From Oscillospiraceae bacterium (GTDB lineage: Bacteria; Bacillota; Clostridia; Oscillospirales; Oscillospiraceae): a DNA stretch of 64,000 bases. Both the position numbers and the translations under genes were made by a program. The notes beneath the pieces are model-generated. The model saw only the letters and a program-made list of their open reading frames with translations. It had not been told where the DNA came from and made no database searches. The DNA is taken from NCBI GenBank assembly GCA_017652685.1, contig JAGCAN010000001.1:17311-81310 (forward strand). The letters run 5' to 3'. Of the stretch, positions 1 to 8,767 are shown in pieces. How positions within the stretch are numbered: position 1 is the first letter of the stretch; every line of letters begins with the position of its first letter.

Positions 1-52
1 CCTGATCGTGGCAATCGCCTGCGCGGCAGTGCTCGGATGGAGGGATAAATAA
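1..52 (+). CDS. 3' end of small membrane/lipoprotein-like ORF (full copy at 47784-47945)
   Basis: Identical to 47894-47945. Truncated by the window edge. Confidence 0.4.
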   Translation, partial: LIVAIACAAVLGWRDK

Positions 53-298
53 ATGATGATCACACGGGACTGGGTCAATGACCTCATCAAAGTGGGCGAG
101 GCGCTCAACTCCGAAGCGATGCGCCACAACGTCGACAACCTGAGGATCAAGGTGATGCCCGAGCTCGAATATGTCTATATACGGGCATACCGGGACGAAA
201 AACTCGTGATGAGCGCCCAGCACTTCGGGCTGCTCGATAAGGATGACATAAGGATGGCCACACGGAGAGCTGCCACTCCCACCGGGGACGAAACATAA
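53..298 (+). CDS. Hypothetical protein (81 aa)
   Basis: ORF packed between neighbouring genes on the same strand. No recognisable motif. Confidence 0.5.
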   Translation: MMITRDWVNDLIKVGEALNSEAMRHNVDNLRIKVMPELEYVYIRAYRDEKLVMSAQHFGLLDKDDIRMATRRAATPTGDET

Positions 299-319
299 AT
301 ACTCCAAGAGGATTATAGC

Positions 320-1624
320 ATGAAAATTAACAGATTAGAGATCGAAAACGTGAAACGGATCCACGCCGTCATGATCGAACCGACAAAGGATGGACTCACG
401 ATCATCGGCGGGAAGAACCGGCAGGGCAAGAGCTCGGTCCTTGACGCGATCGCGTGGGCACTGGGCGGCAACAAGTACAAACCTTCACAGGCGGTCAACG
501 CTGACAGCACGATCCCGCCGAGGCTCAAGGTGATCATGGACAACGGTCTTGTGGTAGAGCGCAAGGGTAAGAACAGCGACCTCAAGGTCACGGATCCCGA
601 AGGCCAGAAGGGCGGGCAGCAGCTCCTCGACGAGTTCGTTGAAGAACTCGCGATCAACCTGCCGAAGTTTATGGAAGTTACAGGCAAGGAAAAGGCAAAC
701 ACCATCCTGCAGATCATCGGTGTCGGTCCCCAGCTTGCGGAGCTCGATCAGAAGGAAAAGGAACTTTACCAGGAACGGACCTACGTCGGCCGGACAGCCG
801 ACCAGAAAGAGAAGTTCGCGAAGGAACAGCCGTATTACCCGGATGCTCCTGAAGAGCCGGTCAGCGCTTCGGAGCTGATTAAAGAACAGCAGGAGATTCT
901 CGCCAGGAACGGCCAGCGTCAGCAGTGGGCCCGCGAATATGACAAGATCCTTACAGATCTCGAAAAGAATGAAAATGCAATCGAGGCATATGAGCGCGCA
1001 CTCAGGGATCTTAAGAAAGAACGAGAAACCCTCGAGGAAAGGCGCAAGGCCGCAGAAAAGACTCCGGCAGAGATGAAGATGGAATCTACCGAGGAGCTTG
1101 AGCGCTCGATCGAGTCCATCGAGACGATCAACAGGAAAGTCCGGGCAAACCTCGATAAGGCCAAGGCAGAAGAGGATGCCAAGGAATACCGCAATAAATA
1201 CCTGTCACTCACCAATGAAATTGAGGACATCAGGAAACAGCGGACAGCGCTCCTGGATAATGCGGATCTGCCGCTTCCGGGCCTGTCAGTAAAGGACGGC
1301 GAACTGATCTACAAGGGACAGATGTGGGACAACATGAGCGGCGCTGAGCAGATGATCGTCTCCACTTCCATCGTGCGGAAGCTCAACCCGAAGTGCGGAT
1401 TTGTGCTCCTGGACAAGCTCGAGGCGATGGACCTGGACACGCTCAAAGAGTTCGGGCAGTGGCTTGAGGAGGAAGGCCTGCAGGCGATCGCGACAAGAGT
1501 GAGCACCGGGGACGAGTGCAGCATCGTGATCACGGACGGCTATGTCGAAGGACAGGACGGCGTCTTCGCAAAAGAAGAGCCCGCGCCTAAGACGATCGGA
1601 TGGTCTGCCGGCATGGGATTTTAA
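320..1624 (+). CDS. SMC/Rad50/RecF-like AAA ATPase (phage recombination/replication)
   Basis: N-terminal Walker A 'GGKNRQGKSSVLDAI', long charged coiled-coil middle, C-terminal 'VLLDKLEAMD' Walker B/D-loop-like segment. Confidence 0.75.
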   Translation: MKINRLEIENVKRIHAVMIEPTKDGLTIIGGKNRQGKSSVLDAIAWALGGNKYKPSQAVNADSTIPPRLKVIMDNGLVVERKGKNSDLKVTDPEGQKGGQQLLDEFVEELAINLPKFMEVTGKEKANTILQIIGVGPQLAELDQKEKELYQERTYVGRTADQKEKFAKEQPYYPDAPEEPVSASELIKEQQEILARNGQRQQWAREYDKILTDLEKNENAIEAYERALRDLKKERETLEERRKAAEKTPAEMKMESTEELERSIESIETINRKVRANLDKAKAEEDAKEYRNKYLSLTNEIEDIRKQRTALLDNADLPLPGLSVKDGELIYKGQMWDNMSGAEQMIVSTSIVRKLNPKCGFVLLDKLEAMDLDTLKEFGQWLEEEGLQAIATRVSTGDECSIVITDGYVEGQDGVFAKEEPAPKTIGWSAGMGF

Positions 1625-1635
1625 GGAGGTAACAC

Positions 1636-2910
1636 ATGAATATTATCAGCGGGAAATTACCCGTCGCGAAGCGGATCGTGTTCTACGGGGCTGAAGGCAT
1701 TGGCAAGAGTACGCTTGCAAGCCAGTGCCCTGATCCGCTCTTCGTTGATACGGAAGGGTCGACGACACACATGGATGTCAAGCGCTTCGAGGCTCCGTCC
1801 TCGTGGCAGATGCTCCTTGATCAGGTGCAGTACGTGATCGACAACCCCACCGTCTGCAAAACACTGGTCATTGATACGGCAGATTGGGCGGAACAGCTCG
1901 AGATCAACGATCTGTGCCGGAAGAAGGGGTGGGACGGCCTCGAAGGCGCTGGCTACGGTAAGGGCTACCAGTATAGCGCTGAGGAGTTCGGAAAGCTCCT
2001 GAACAAGCTTACAGAGGTCGTCAACAAAGGCGTGAACGTCGTGATCACGGCACACGCTACGCTCCGTAAGGTGGAGCTCCCGGAAGAGCTCGGGGCCTAT
2101 GACCACTGGGAGATGAAGACCAGCAAGAAGGTGGCTCCCATGATCAAGGAATGGGCCGACGTGGTCCTGTTCCTCAACTATCACGTCAATGTCATCAATA
2201 CGGATGGGAAAGGCGCTGTAAAGGGCAAGAACAAGGCCCAGGGCGGCCGCAGGGTGATACACACGACACATACACCGTTCTGGGACGCAAAAAACAGGTT
2301 CGGGATGCCGGATGAGCTGCCACTCGAATATGAGTCGATCGCTCCGCTATTCGATGATCAGCCGGCAGCACAGGAGCCGCCCAAAAGCGCTCCAAAGCCT
2401 AAGCCCAAATCGAAGCCAGAGCCTAAGCCTGAGGCCGTACCAGAAACCGCACCGAAGGATCCGGCGCCTCAGAAAGAGGTTGGCCAGGCTTTACAGGGAT
2501 TTGTAGCTGAGGAGGATCTGTATCTCAGGAAGAACGGGGAACTCTACCACATCAAGGCGGGAAACGTCGTCCCGGGCAGCCTGCTGGATGCGGAGCATAT
2601 CAGCCGCGCAGAATACGATAAGAGCCAGCCGGCAGCAATAACGGGGCCGGAAGACATCAGGAACGTTCCGGTCGAATACCAGGAACCCGATCCGAGGATC
2701 AATAAGTCGCTCCGTGATCTCATGATCGCATCACAGATCGATGAGTGGGAGATTCAGCACATCGCAAGCACAAAAGGCTACATGACAGCGGATACAAGAG
2801 TTGCCGATTACCCGCAGGACTTCGTCGAGGGATGGGCCGTCGGATTCTGGCCACAGCTCAAGGCGGCCATCATGGAGATGCGGCAGAAACAGGAACTCGA
2901 ATACAAATAA
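1636..2910 (+). CDS. AAA_24/Sak4-like RecA-fold ATPase with Pro/Lys-rich linker and C-terminal extension
   Basis: 'VFYGAEGIGKST' P-loop and 'TLVIDTADW'. Linker 'PKSAPKPKPKSKPEPKPE'. RBS aaggagg upstream. Confidence 0.7.
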   Translation: MNIISGKLPVAKRIVFYGAEGIGKSTLASQCPDPLFVDTEGSTTHMDVKRFEAPSSWQMLLDQVQYVIDNPTVCKTLVIDTADWAEQLEINDLCRKKGWDGLEGAGYGKGYQYSAEEFGKLLNKLTEVVNKGVNVVITAHATLRKVELPEELGAYDHWEMKTSKKVAPMIKEWADVVLFLNYHVNVINTDGKGAVKGKNKAQGGRRVIHTTHTPFWDAKNRFGMPDELPLEYESIAPLFDDQPAAQEPPKSAPKPKPKSKPEPKPEAVPETAPKDPAPQKEVGQALQGFVAEEDLYLRKNGELYHIKAGNVVPGSLLDAEHISRAEYDKSQPAAITGPEDIRNVPVEYQEPDPRINKSLRDLMIASQIDEWEIQHIASTKGYMTADTRVADYPQDFVEGWAVGFWPQLKAAIMEMRQKQELEYK

Positions 2911-2923
2911 GGAGGAGTAATAA

Positions 2924-3361
2924 ATGGGAGACGTCTTAGATCTCAACAGCAGTATTAATCAGGAAAGTCAGTATGTAGATGTCCCGGAAGGCGAATATGA
3001 CGCCAGGATCGACCATGTCGAAAGCGGGGTCTGCCAGTGGGCCAATGAATACAACGGCAATCCGAACAGGATGGTATATGTCAACCTTGCCATGCCGGAC
3101 GGAAGTGAGGCACAGCTCCGCGACGAGTTTGTCCTCAACTCGGATTTCGAGTGGAAACTCTCACAGCTTTTCCTCGGGACCGGGCAGAAAAAGAAGGGCG
3201 AACCGCTGCCGAACCTCGGCAGGGCGCTGAATGATCTTCCGGGCCTTACATGCAGGGTCAGGGTCAAAAAGACAAAAGGCAAAGGTGACAAGAAAGATAC
3301 CACATACACAAACATCACATTCCTGGAGAAAAAGCAGCCTAAGTGGGGTGGTGGTTTCTGA
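2924..3361 (+). CDS. DUF669-like phage protein (usual partner of Sak4-type ATPases)
   Basis: Size, position directly after the AAA_24 gene, and a 'VPEGEYDARI' type N-terminus. Confidence 0.45.
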   Translation: MGDVLDLNSSINQESQYVDVPEGEYDARIDHVESGVCQWANEYNGNPNRMVYVNLAMPDGSEAQLRDEFVLNSDFEWKLSQLFLGTGQKKKGEPLPNLGRALNDLPGLTCRVRVKKTKGKGDKKDTTYTNITFLEKKQPKWGGGF

Positions 3362-4983
3362 TGATGAACCTCAGACCTTACCAGGAGCAGGCTTTCGCCG
3401 GAGTGTTCCGGGAATGGGATGGCGGCAGGCATAAGACGCTTGTCGTCATGCCAACCGGGACCGGCAAGACCATCGTGTTCGCCAAGATCGTCGAAGAATG
3501 TGTCCGGCGCGGATCGCGTGTGCTGATCATGGCACACCGCGGGGAACTCCTGGACCAGGCCGCTGACAAGATCTTCAAGGCGACCGGGCTCCGATCGTCA
3601 GTGGAGAAGGCGGAGCAGACCTGCATTGGGCAATGGTACCGCGTTGTGGTCGGATCAGTACAGACTCTGATGAGCGAGAAACGGCTGAGGCAGTTTCCGA
3701 AGGATTACTTCAATGTGATCATCGTCGATGAGGCTCATCATTGTGTCAGCTCGTCCTATCAGCGGGTACTGCAGTATTTCAGCGATTCCAACGTTCTGGG
3801 CGTCACGGCTACGCCTGACAGGGCCGACATGAAGAACCTCGGGAGCTATTTCGAGTCTTTAGCTTATGAGTACACCATGCCGGAAGCCATCCGGAGCGGA
3901 TACCTGGTGCCGATCAAGGCGCTTACGATCCCGCTCAAGATCGACATCAGCATGGTCGGGATCAGTGCCGGAGACTTCAAAGCCGGCGAGATCGGGACTG
4001 CACTTGACCCGTACCTGTTCCAGATCGCGGACGAGATGACAAGGTTCTGTAAGGACCGGAAGACGATCGTGTTCCTGCCGCTGATCGCCACATCACAGAA
4101 GTTTATGGGAATGCTCAATGAGCGGGGCTTCAGCGCGGCAGAAGTCAACGGCTCCAGCGAGGATAGGGCACAGATTCTGCAGGACTTCGAGTCTGGCAAA
4201 TACAACGTGATCTGCAATTCGATGCTGCTTACAGAAGGCTATGACTGCCCGGCAGTAGACTGCATCATTGTGCTCAGGCCGACAAGGTCAAGACCGCTTT
4301 ACGCTCAGATGATCGGACGTGGAACAAGGCTGTCCCCGGAGACCGGTAAGGGACATCTGCTGCTGATCGACTTCTTGTGGATGACGGAACGTCATGAGCT
4401 GTGCCATCCGGCCTCGTTGATCTGTGAGGATCCGGAAGTCGCCCAGCGTATGACGAAGAACCTGGAAGACAAGGCCGGCGAGGCTGTAGACATCGAAGAA
4501 GCTGAGAAGCGTGCATCTGAGGATGTGGTCGCCGAACGCGAGGAAGCACTCGCCAAGGAACTGGCAGCACAGCGCCGGAAGAAGAGCCAGCTGGTCGACC
4601 CGCTGCAGTATGCAATGAGTATCAACGCAAGGGATCTTGTCGATTATGTCCCGCCGTTCGGGTGGGCCGCTCAGGATCCTACCGCACAGCAGCGTGACAG
4701 GCTCGAGCATCTCGGGATTAATCCCGAAAATGTCAAGAGCCAGGGCGAAGCGGACATGCTCCTCAAGAAGCTCGGCGAAAGGAGCTCCGGAGGGCTTGCG
4801 ACTCCACGACAGATCAGACAGCTTGAGAACCGAGGCTTTCAAAATGTCGGGACATGGTCGTTTGATCAGGCCCGGAATCTGATCGACAGGATCGCGGCAA
4901 ACGGATGGAGAACACCAAGAGACATTAACCCTAAATCATATGTGCCTCAGGCAGATGAGCCTAAGGTATCAGGGTGGATTTGA
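3361..4983 (+). CDS. Superfamily-2 DEAD/DEAH-box helicase
   Basis: 'LRPYQEQA', 'VMPTGTGKT', 'IIVDEAHH', 'GVTATP', 'GRGTR'. ATG at 3361 overlaps the upstream stop (TGATG). Confidence 0.85.
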   Translation: MMNLRPYQEQAFAGVFREWDGGRHKTLVVMPTGTGKTIVFAKIVEECVRRGSRVLIMAHRGELLDQAADKIFKATGLRSSVEKAEQTCIGQWYRVVVGSVQTLMSEKRLRQFPKDYFNVIIVDEAHHCVSSSYQRVLQYFSDSNVLGVTATPDRADMKNLGSYFESLAYEYTMPEAIRSGYLVPIKALTIPLKIDISMVGISAGDFKAGEIGTALDPYLFQIADEMTRFCKDRKTIVFLPLIATSQKFMGMLNERGFSAAEVNGSSEDRAQILQDFESGKYNVICNSMLLTEGYDCPAVDCIIVLRPTRSRPLYAQMIGRGTRLSPETGKGHLLLIDFLWMTERHELCHPASLICEDPEVAQRMTKNLEDKAGEAVDIEEAEKRASEDVVAEREEALAKELAAQRRKKSQLVDPLQYAMSINARDLVDYVPPFGWAAQDPTAQQRDRLEHLGINPENVKSQGEADMLLKKLGERSSGGLATPRQIRQLENRGFQNVGTWSFDQARNLIDRIAANGWRTPRDINPKSYVPQADEPKVSGWI

Positions 4984-7259
4984 TGGACAACAGAACAGAT
5001 TTAGTTGAATTGCTTAAACATATAGATCCCGGGCTCCTTGACTATCAGGAATGGACGGATGTAGGCATGGCGCTCAAGCTCGATGGCTATCCCTGCAGCG
5101 TCTGGGATGACTGGAGCCGGAAGGATGCCGGACGCTATCACGCAGGTGAGTGTGCCCGGAAGTGGCGGACATTCAAACGTGACGAGGGCGTCACCGGCGG
5201 GACGATCTATCATCTGGCCGTCTCTCAGGGATGGGTACCGACACACGAAGCCGGCAGGATCCTGAGCATGGACGACTCGATCGAATATGAAGGCGTTGTG
5301 GTTGGCGAGGGATGGGCAGAGATACGCGAGTTCGATGAGCCTGCGAAATGGGAACCCGAACAGCAGCTGATCCGGTATCTCGAGACGCTCTTCCAGCCGG
5401 AGGAGATCTTCGGATATGTGACAGAGTCCTTCGAAAAAGCAGACAAGTCCGGGAAAAAGAAGCTCGTGCCCGCCAACAAGGGCGTGTATACGCTCCGCGT
5501 AGGCGAGATCGTGCAGAGGCTTAAGAGCGACACCATTGAGGATGTTATCGGCAAATACAAGCACGAAGCCGGCGCGTGGATCCGCTTCAATCCATTGGAT
5601 GGGAACGGCGTCAACAACGAGAACGTGACGGATTACCGGTACGCTCTGGTCGAGTCGGACAACATGTCCCTGGAAGCGCAGAACGGCCTGATCAGGCAGC
5701 TTAACCTGCCCGTAGCGGTCCTGATGTACTCCGGCGGCAAGAGTGTCCATGCGATCGTAAAAATCGAGGCAGATGACAAGCAGGAGTACCAGAAGCGTGT
5801 CAATTACCTGTACGACGTCTGCAAGAAGAACGGCATGGTGATCGATACGCAGAACCGGAACCCTTCCAGGCTGTCCAGAATGCCGGGATGTGAACGAGGA
5901 GAAAAAAAGCAGTTCATTATCGATACGAACATCGGCTGTAAGTCCTGGTCAGAATGGCATGAGTGGATCGAGGCTGTGAATGATGATCTTCCGGATATGG
6001 AGGAGCTTTCATCGGAATGGGACAGCCTTCCGCCACTGGCTCCGGAGCTGATCAAAGGAGTGCTCCGGGAAGGCCACAAGATGCTGATCGTGGGACCCTC
6101 TAAAGCCGGCAAGTCCTTTGACCTCATAGAGCTGTGTATAGCGATCGCTGAGGGCAGGTCATGGCATGGATGGGACTGTATGAAGGGACGTGTCCTTTAC
6201 GTCAATCTTGAACTTGACAGGGCATCCTGTCTGCACAGGTTCCGCGACGTTTACAATGCTGCAGGGATACCGCCCAGAAGCCTCAGCAACATCGATATAT
6301 GGAACTTAAGGGGAAGATCCGTCCCAATGGATAAACTGGCTCCTAAGCTCATCAGGAGGGCCAAGGACAGGCATTACAAGGCTGTTATCATCGACCCGAT
6401 CTACAAGGTCATCACCGGCGATGAGAACTCAGCTGACCAGATGGCCAAGTTCTGTAACCAGTTCGATAAGGTGTGCACAGAGCTGGGAGCCTCAGTGATC
6501 TATTGTCATCACCACTCTAAAGGATCACAGGGACAGAAGAAATCGATGGACAGGGCGTCAGGCTCCGGAGTCTTCGCAAGGGATCCGGACGCGCTGCTGG
6601 ACATGATAGAGCTCCCGCTCACGAATGCCATAATCGCGCAGGAGACCAACAAGGCCATCTGCCGTACCTGTATCCAATACCTGACGGCTTATTGCAAGAA
6701 CATTCCGTGGGAGACAGACCTGTCGCAGGACGATAAGTTGTCGGCCGGGATCATGCAGACTTACTGCGAAAACAAGCTCGATCAGTGGCAGCAGAAAGCA
6801 CTTGCCCGTCAGCTGGAAGAGGCAGTCAAGGGAGTGGAATCGCTATCGGGATGGAGGATCGAGGGGACGCTCAGAGAGTTCCCGAAATTCAAGCCGGTCA
6901 ACACATGGTTCCGGTATCCGATCCATACGCCTGACGAGTCAGGATGCCTGCAGGATATCCAGCCGGAAAGCGAATTGACTGGATATCAGAAGATGGTGGA
7001 ACAGCGAAAGAAGAAGGCAGAGAAGAAAAAAGAGGACACGATCAATCAGATCGAGATCGCTTTCGAGGGCGTCCAACAGGACGGCGTAGCGTCAGCGATC
7101 GACATCGCGGAAGAGATCGGAGTCGCTCCGGATACCATAAAACGATGGTTCGGCAAAGGAAAACGGAGCCGTCCGGAATACAAAAAACGGTTTGAAACTT
7201 TCGAAAATCCCGACGATCATAAGCTGTTTTTGAGACGCAAAGAGGGTACGGACAGATAG
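4983..7259 (+). CDS. Primase-helicase (PriCT-2-like N-terminus, primase-polymerase-like core, AAA_25/RepA-like P-loop)
   Basis: 'YQEWTDVGMALK...WDDWS' PriCT-2-like, 'SGGKSVHAIVKI', 'IVGPSKAGKS' Walker A, 'VIIDPIYK' Walker B. ATG at 4983 overlaps the helicase stop. Confidence 0.75.
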   Translation: MDNRTDLVELLKHIDPGLLDYQEWTDVGMALKLDGYPCSVWDDWSRKDAGRYHAGECARKWRTFKRDEGVTGGTIYHLAVSQGWVPTHEAGRILSMDDSIEYEGVVVGEGWAEIREFDEPAKWEPEQQLIRYLETLFQPEEIFGYVTESFEKADKSGKKKLVPANKGVYTLRVGEIVQRLKSDTIEDVIGKYKHEAGAWIRFNPLDGNGVNNENVTDYRYALVESDNMSLEAQNGLIRQLNLPVAVLMYSGGKSVHAIVKIEADDKQEYQKRVNYLYDVCKKNGMVIDTQNRNPSRLSRMPGCERGEKKQFIIDTNIGCKSWSEWHEWIEAVNDDLPDMEELSSEWDSLPPLAPELIKGVLREGHKMLIVGPSKAGKSFDLIELCIAIAEGRSWHGWDCMKGRVLYVNLELDRASCLHRFRDVYNAAGIPPRSLSNIDIWNLRGRSVPMDKLAPKLIRRAKDRHYKAVIIDPIYKVITGDENSADQMAKFCNQFDKVCTELGASVIYCHHHSKGSQGQKKSMDRASGSGVFARDPDALLDMIELPLTNAIIAQETNKAICRTCIQYLTAYCKNIPWETDLSQDDKLSAGIMQTYCENKLDQWQQKALARQLEEAVKGVESLSGWRIEGTLREFPKFKPVNTWFRYPIHTPDESGCLQDIQPESELTGYQKMVEQRKKKAEKKKEDTINQIEIAFEGVQQDGVASAIDIAEEIGVAPDTIKRWFGKGKRSRPEYKKRFETFENPDDHKLFLRRKEGTDR

Positions 7260-7500
7260 GGACAACATCGTGCGTCCCTAGTCCCTATGGGGTACGGACA
7301 CTAGGGACAGTACCGTGCGTCCGTACCTGCCGACACCTACGGACAGATAGGGACAACATCGTGCGTCCGTGTCCCTACCCCTAGGGACGAAGGTAGGGAC
7401 GGACGATGTGTATAACACTATAGTGTCCCGTACGTACCGTCCGCGTGGGTGAGACGGAGGGTGGGTGCTAAGCACACCCACCGTCCCTACCACACACGTA
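7247..7500. repeat. Iteron cluster / putative replication origin
   Basis: 31-bp direct repeat TACGGACAGATAGGGACAACATCGTGCGTCC at 7247-7277 and 7338-7368. Nine copies of TAGGGAC/GTCCCTA. Palindromes ACACTATAGTGT and GTCCCTAccccTAGGGAC. Confidence 0.6.
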
Positions 7501-7527
7501 CGGAGACAAAACGCGAAGGGAGGATGG

Positions 7528-7929
7528 ATGGAGATTAAATTTTTTATGGCGATGGACCCGCCGACCGTGACGGCACAGGAACACAAGGTCATGGTCCGCA
7601 ACGGTAAGCCGGTGTTCTATGATCCGCCGGAGCTCAAGGCGGCCCGGCAGAAACTAACAGACTACCTGGCACAGTACAAACCCGAACAGACGCTGACCGG
7701 TCCGCTGGAGCTGGTAACGACATGGTGCTTTCCGACAGAGGCCGAGTGGCAGTACAGCAGCTATAAGATCACAAGGCCGGACACGGATAACCTTAACAAG
7801 ATGCTTAAGGACTGCATGACGGCTGTGGGGTTCTGGCATGACGACGCGCAGGTGTGCCGTGAGATCATCGAAAAGTTCTGGGTAAGTCCGAACCTGCGCG
7901 GGATCTTTGTAAAGGTCACTCAGCTATGA
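7528..7929 (+). CDS. rusA: RusA-family Holliday junction resolvase
   Basis: 'PPTVTAQEHK', 'RPDTDNLNKMLKDCM', 'WHDDAQV'. RBS gaagggagg before the ATG at 7528. Confidence 0.85.
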   Translation: MEIKFFMAMDPPTVTAQEHKVMVRNGKPVFYDPPELKAARQKLTDYLAQYKPEQTLTGPLELVTTWCFPTEAEWQYSSYKITRPDTDNLNKMLKDCMTAVGFWHDDAQVCREIIEKFWVSPNLRGIFVKVTQL

Positions 7930-8147
7930 CGCCTATGACATACTTCAGGTTCTTCCAGGACTTGTGGAGGTTTTTTAAAAATCACGCCGAGCCGGTCTCA
8001 GCTGACAGCTGGTGGCAGCGTCTCGCTGATCAGGCGGACGAGCTCGCCAATCGGTACGGCAACACTGAATTTGTGATCCGGATGACATCAATAGTCGTCT
8101 GGGAAATTGACAGAATATTTCAAGAAAAAGAGGAGATGAAAAGATGA
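7926..8147 (+). CDS. Hypothetical protein (73 aa)
   Basis: ATGA-coupled ORF between rusA and the next gene. Confidence 0.5.
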   Translation: MTPMTYFRFFQDLWRFFKNHAEPVSADSWWQRLADQADELANRYGNTEFVIRMTSIVVWEIDRIFQEKEEMKR

Positions 8148-8767
8148 AAGATATCAGAGTAAAGCTTACGTTCACAGAGCCTATCCTGGGCACAGCAAGT
8201 GCAAACCCCGAAATTCACAGTGAGTACATCGCGTCGAAAGCTCCGGACGCGCCCAGCAAGGAAGAAGAGATCGCCGCGATCGGCGCCGAGGAGTATGAGG
8301 AGAAAGCAATGACAGTCTTCCCGCGCAACAACGAGGGGATCCCGATCCTGTTTGATTACCAGATCAAGGGATTTTTCAAAGACGCATGCTCCATGCTCCA
8401 GAAGTGTCGGGCCGGGAAAGGCGGCAAGCCGGAAGAGTTCGCGAAAGAATCCTGCGCACTCAAGGCGTACAAGAAGATCATCGATGGCTGCATCTTCGTG
8501 ATGGAACGCCAGATCCCGATCGAGCTCAATGGGGAGATGGGCAACCTCCAGCGACCGCTCCGCGGACAGACAGCACAGGGCGAACGGATCGCGCTGGCCA
8601 ACAGTGAGAAGGCCCCGGCAGGAAGTTCGGTGGAATTTACGATCAGGTGCCTGTCTGATACATACGCGCCGGCAGTGATGGAATGGCTGAACTACGGAGC
8701 CCTCAGGGGCATTGGCCAGTGGCGCAACGGATCATACGGCAGGTTCGAGTACAAGATCATCGAATAA
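8144..8767 (+). CDS. Hypothetical protein with RAMP-like sequence motifs (207 aa)
   Basis: 'IRVKLTFTEPILGTAS', 'GIPILFDYQIKGFFKDA', 'SEKAPAGSSVEFTI', and a C-terminal Gly-rich 'GALRGIGQWRNGSYGRFEY'. Motif-level resemblance only. Confidence 0.6.
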   Translation: MKDIRVKLTFTEPILGTASANPEIHSEYIASKAPDAPSKEEEIAAIGAEEYEEKAMTVFPRNNEGIPILFDYQIKGFFKDACSMLQKCRAGKGGKPEEFAKESCALKAYKKIIDGCIFVMERQIPIELNGEMGNLQRPLRGQTAQGERIALANSEKAPAGSSVEFTIRCLSDTYAPAVMEWLNYGALRGIGQWRNGSYGRFEYKIIE

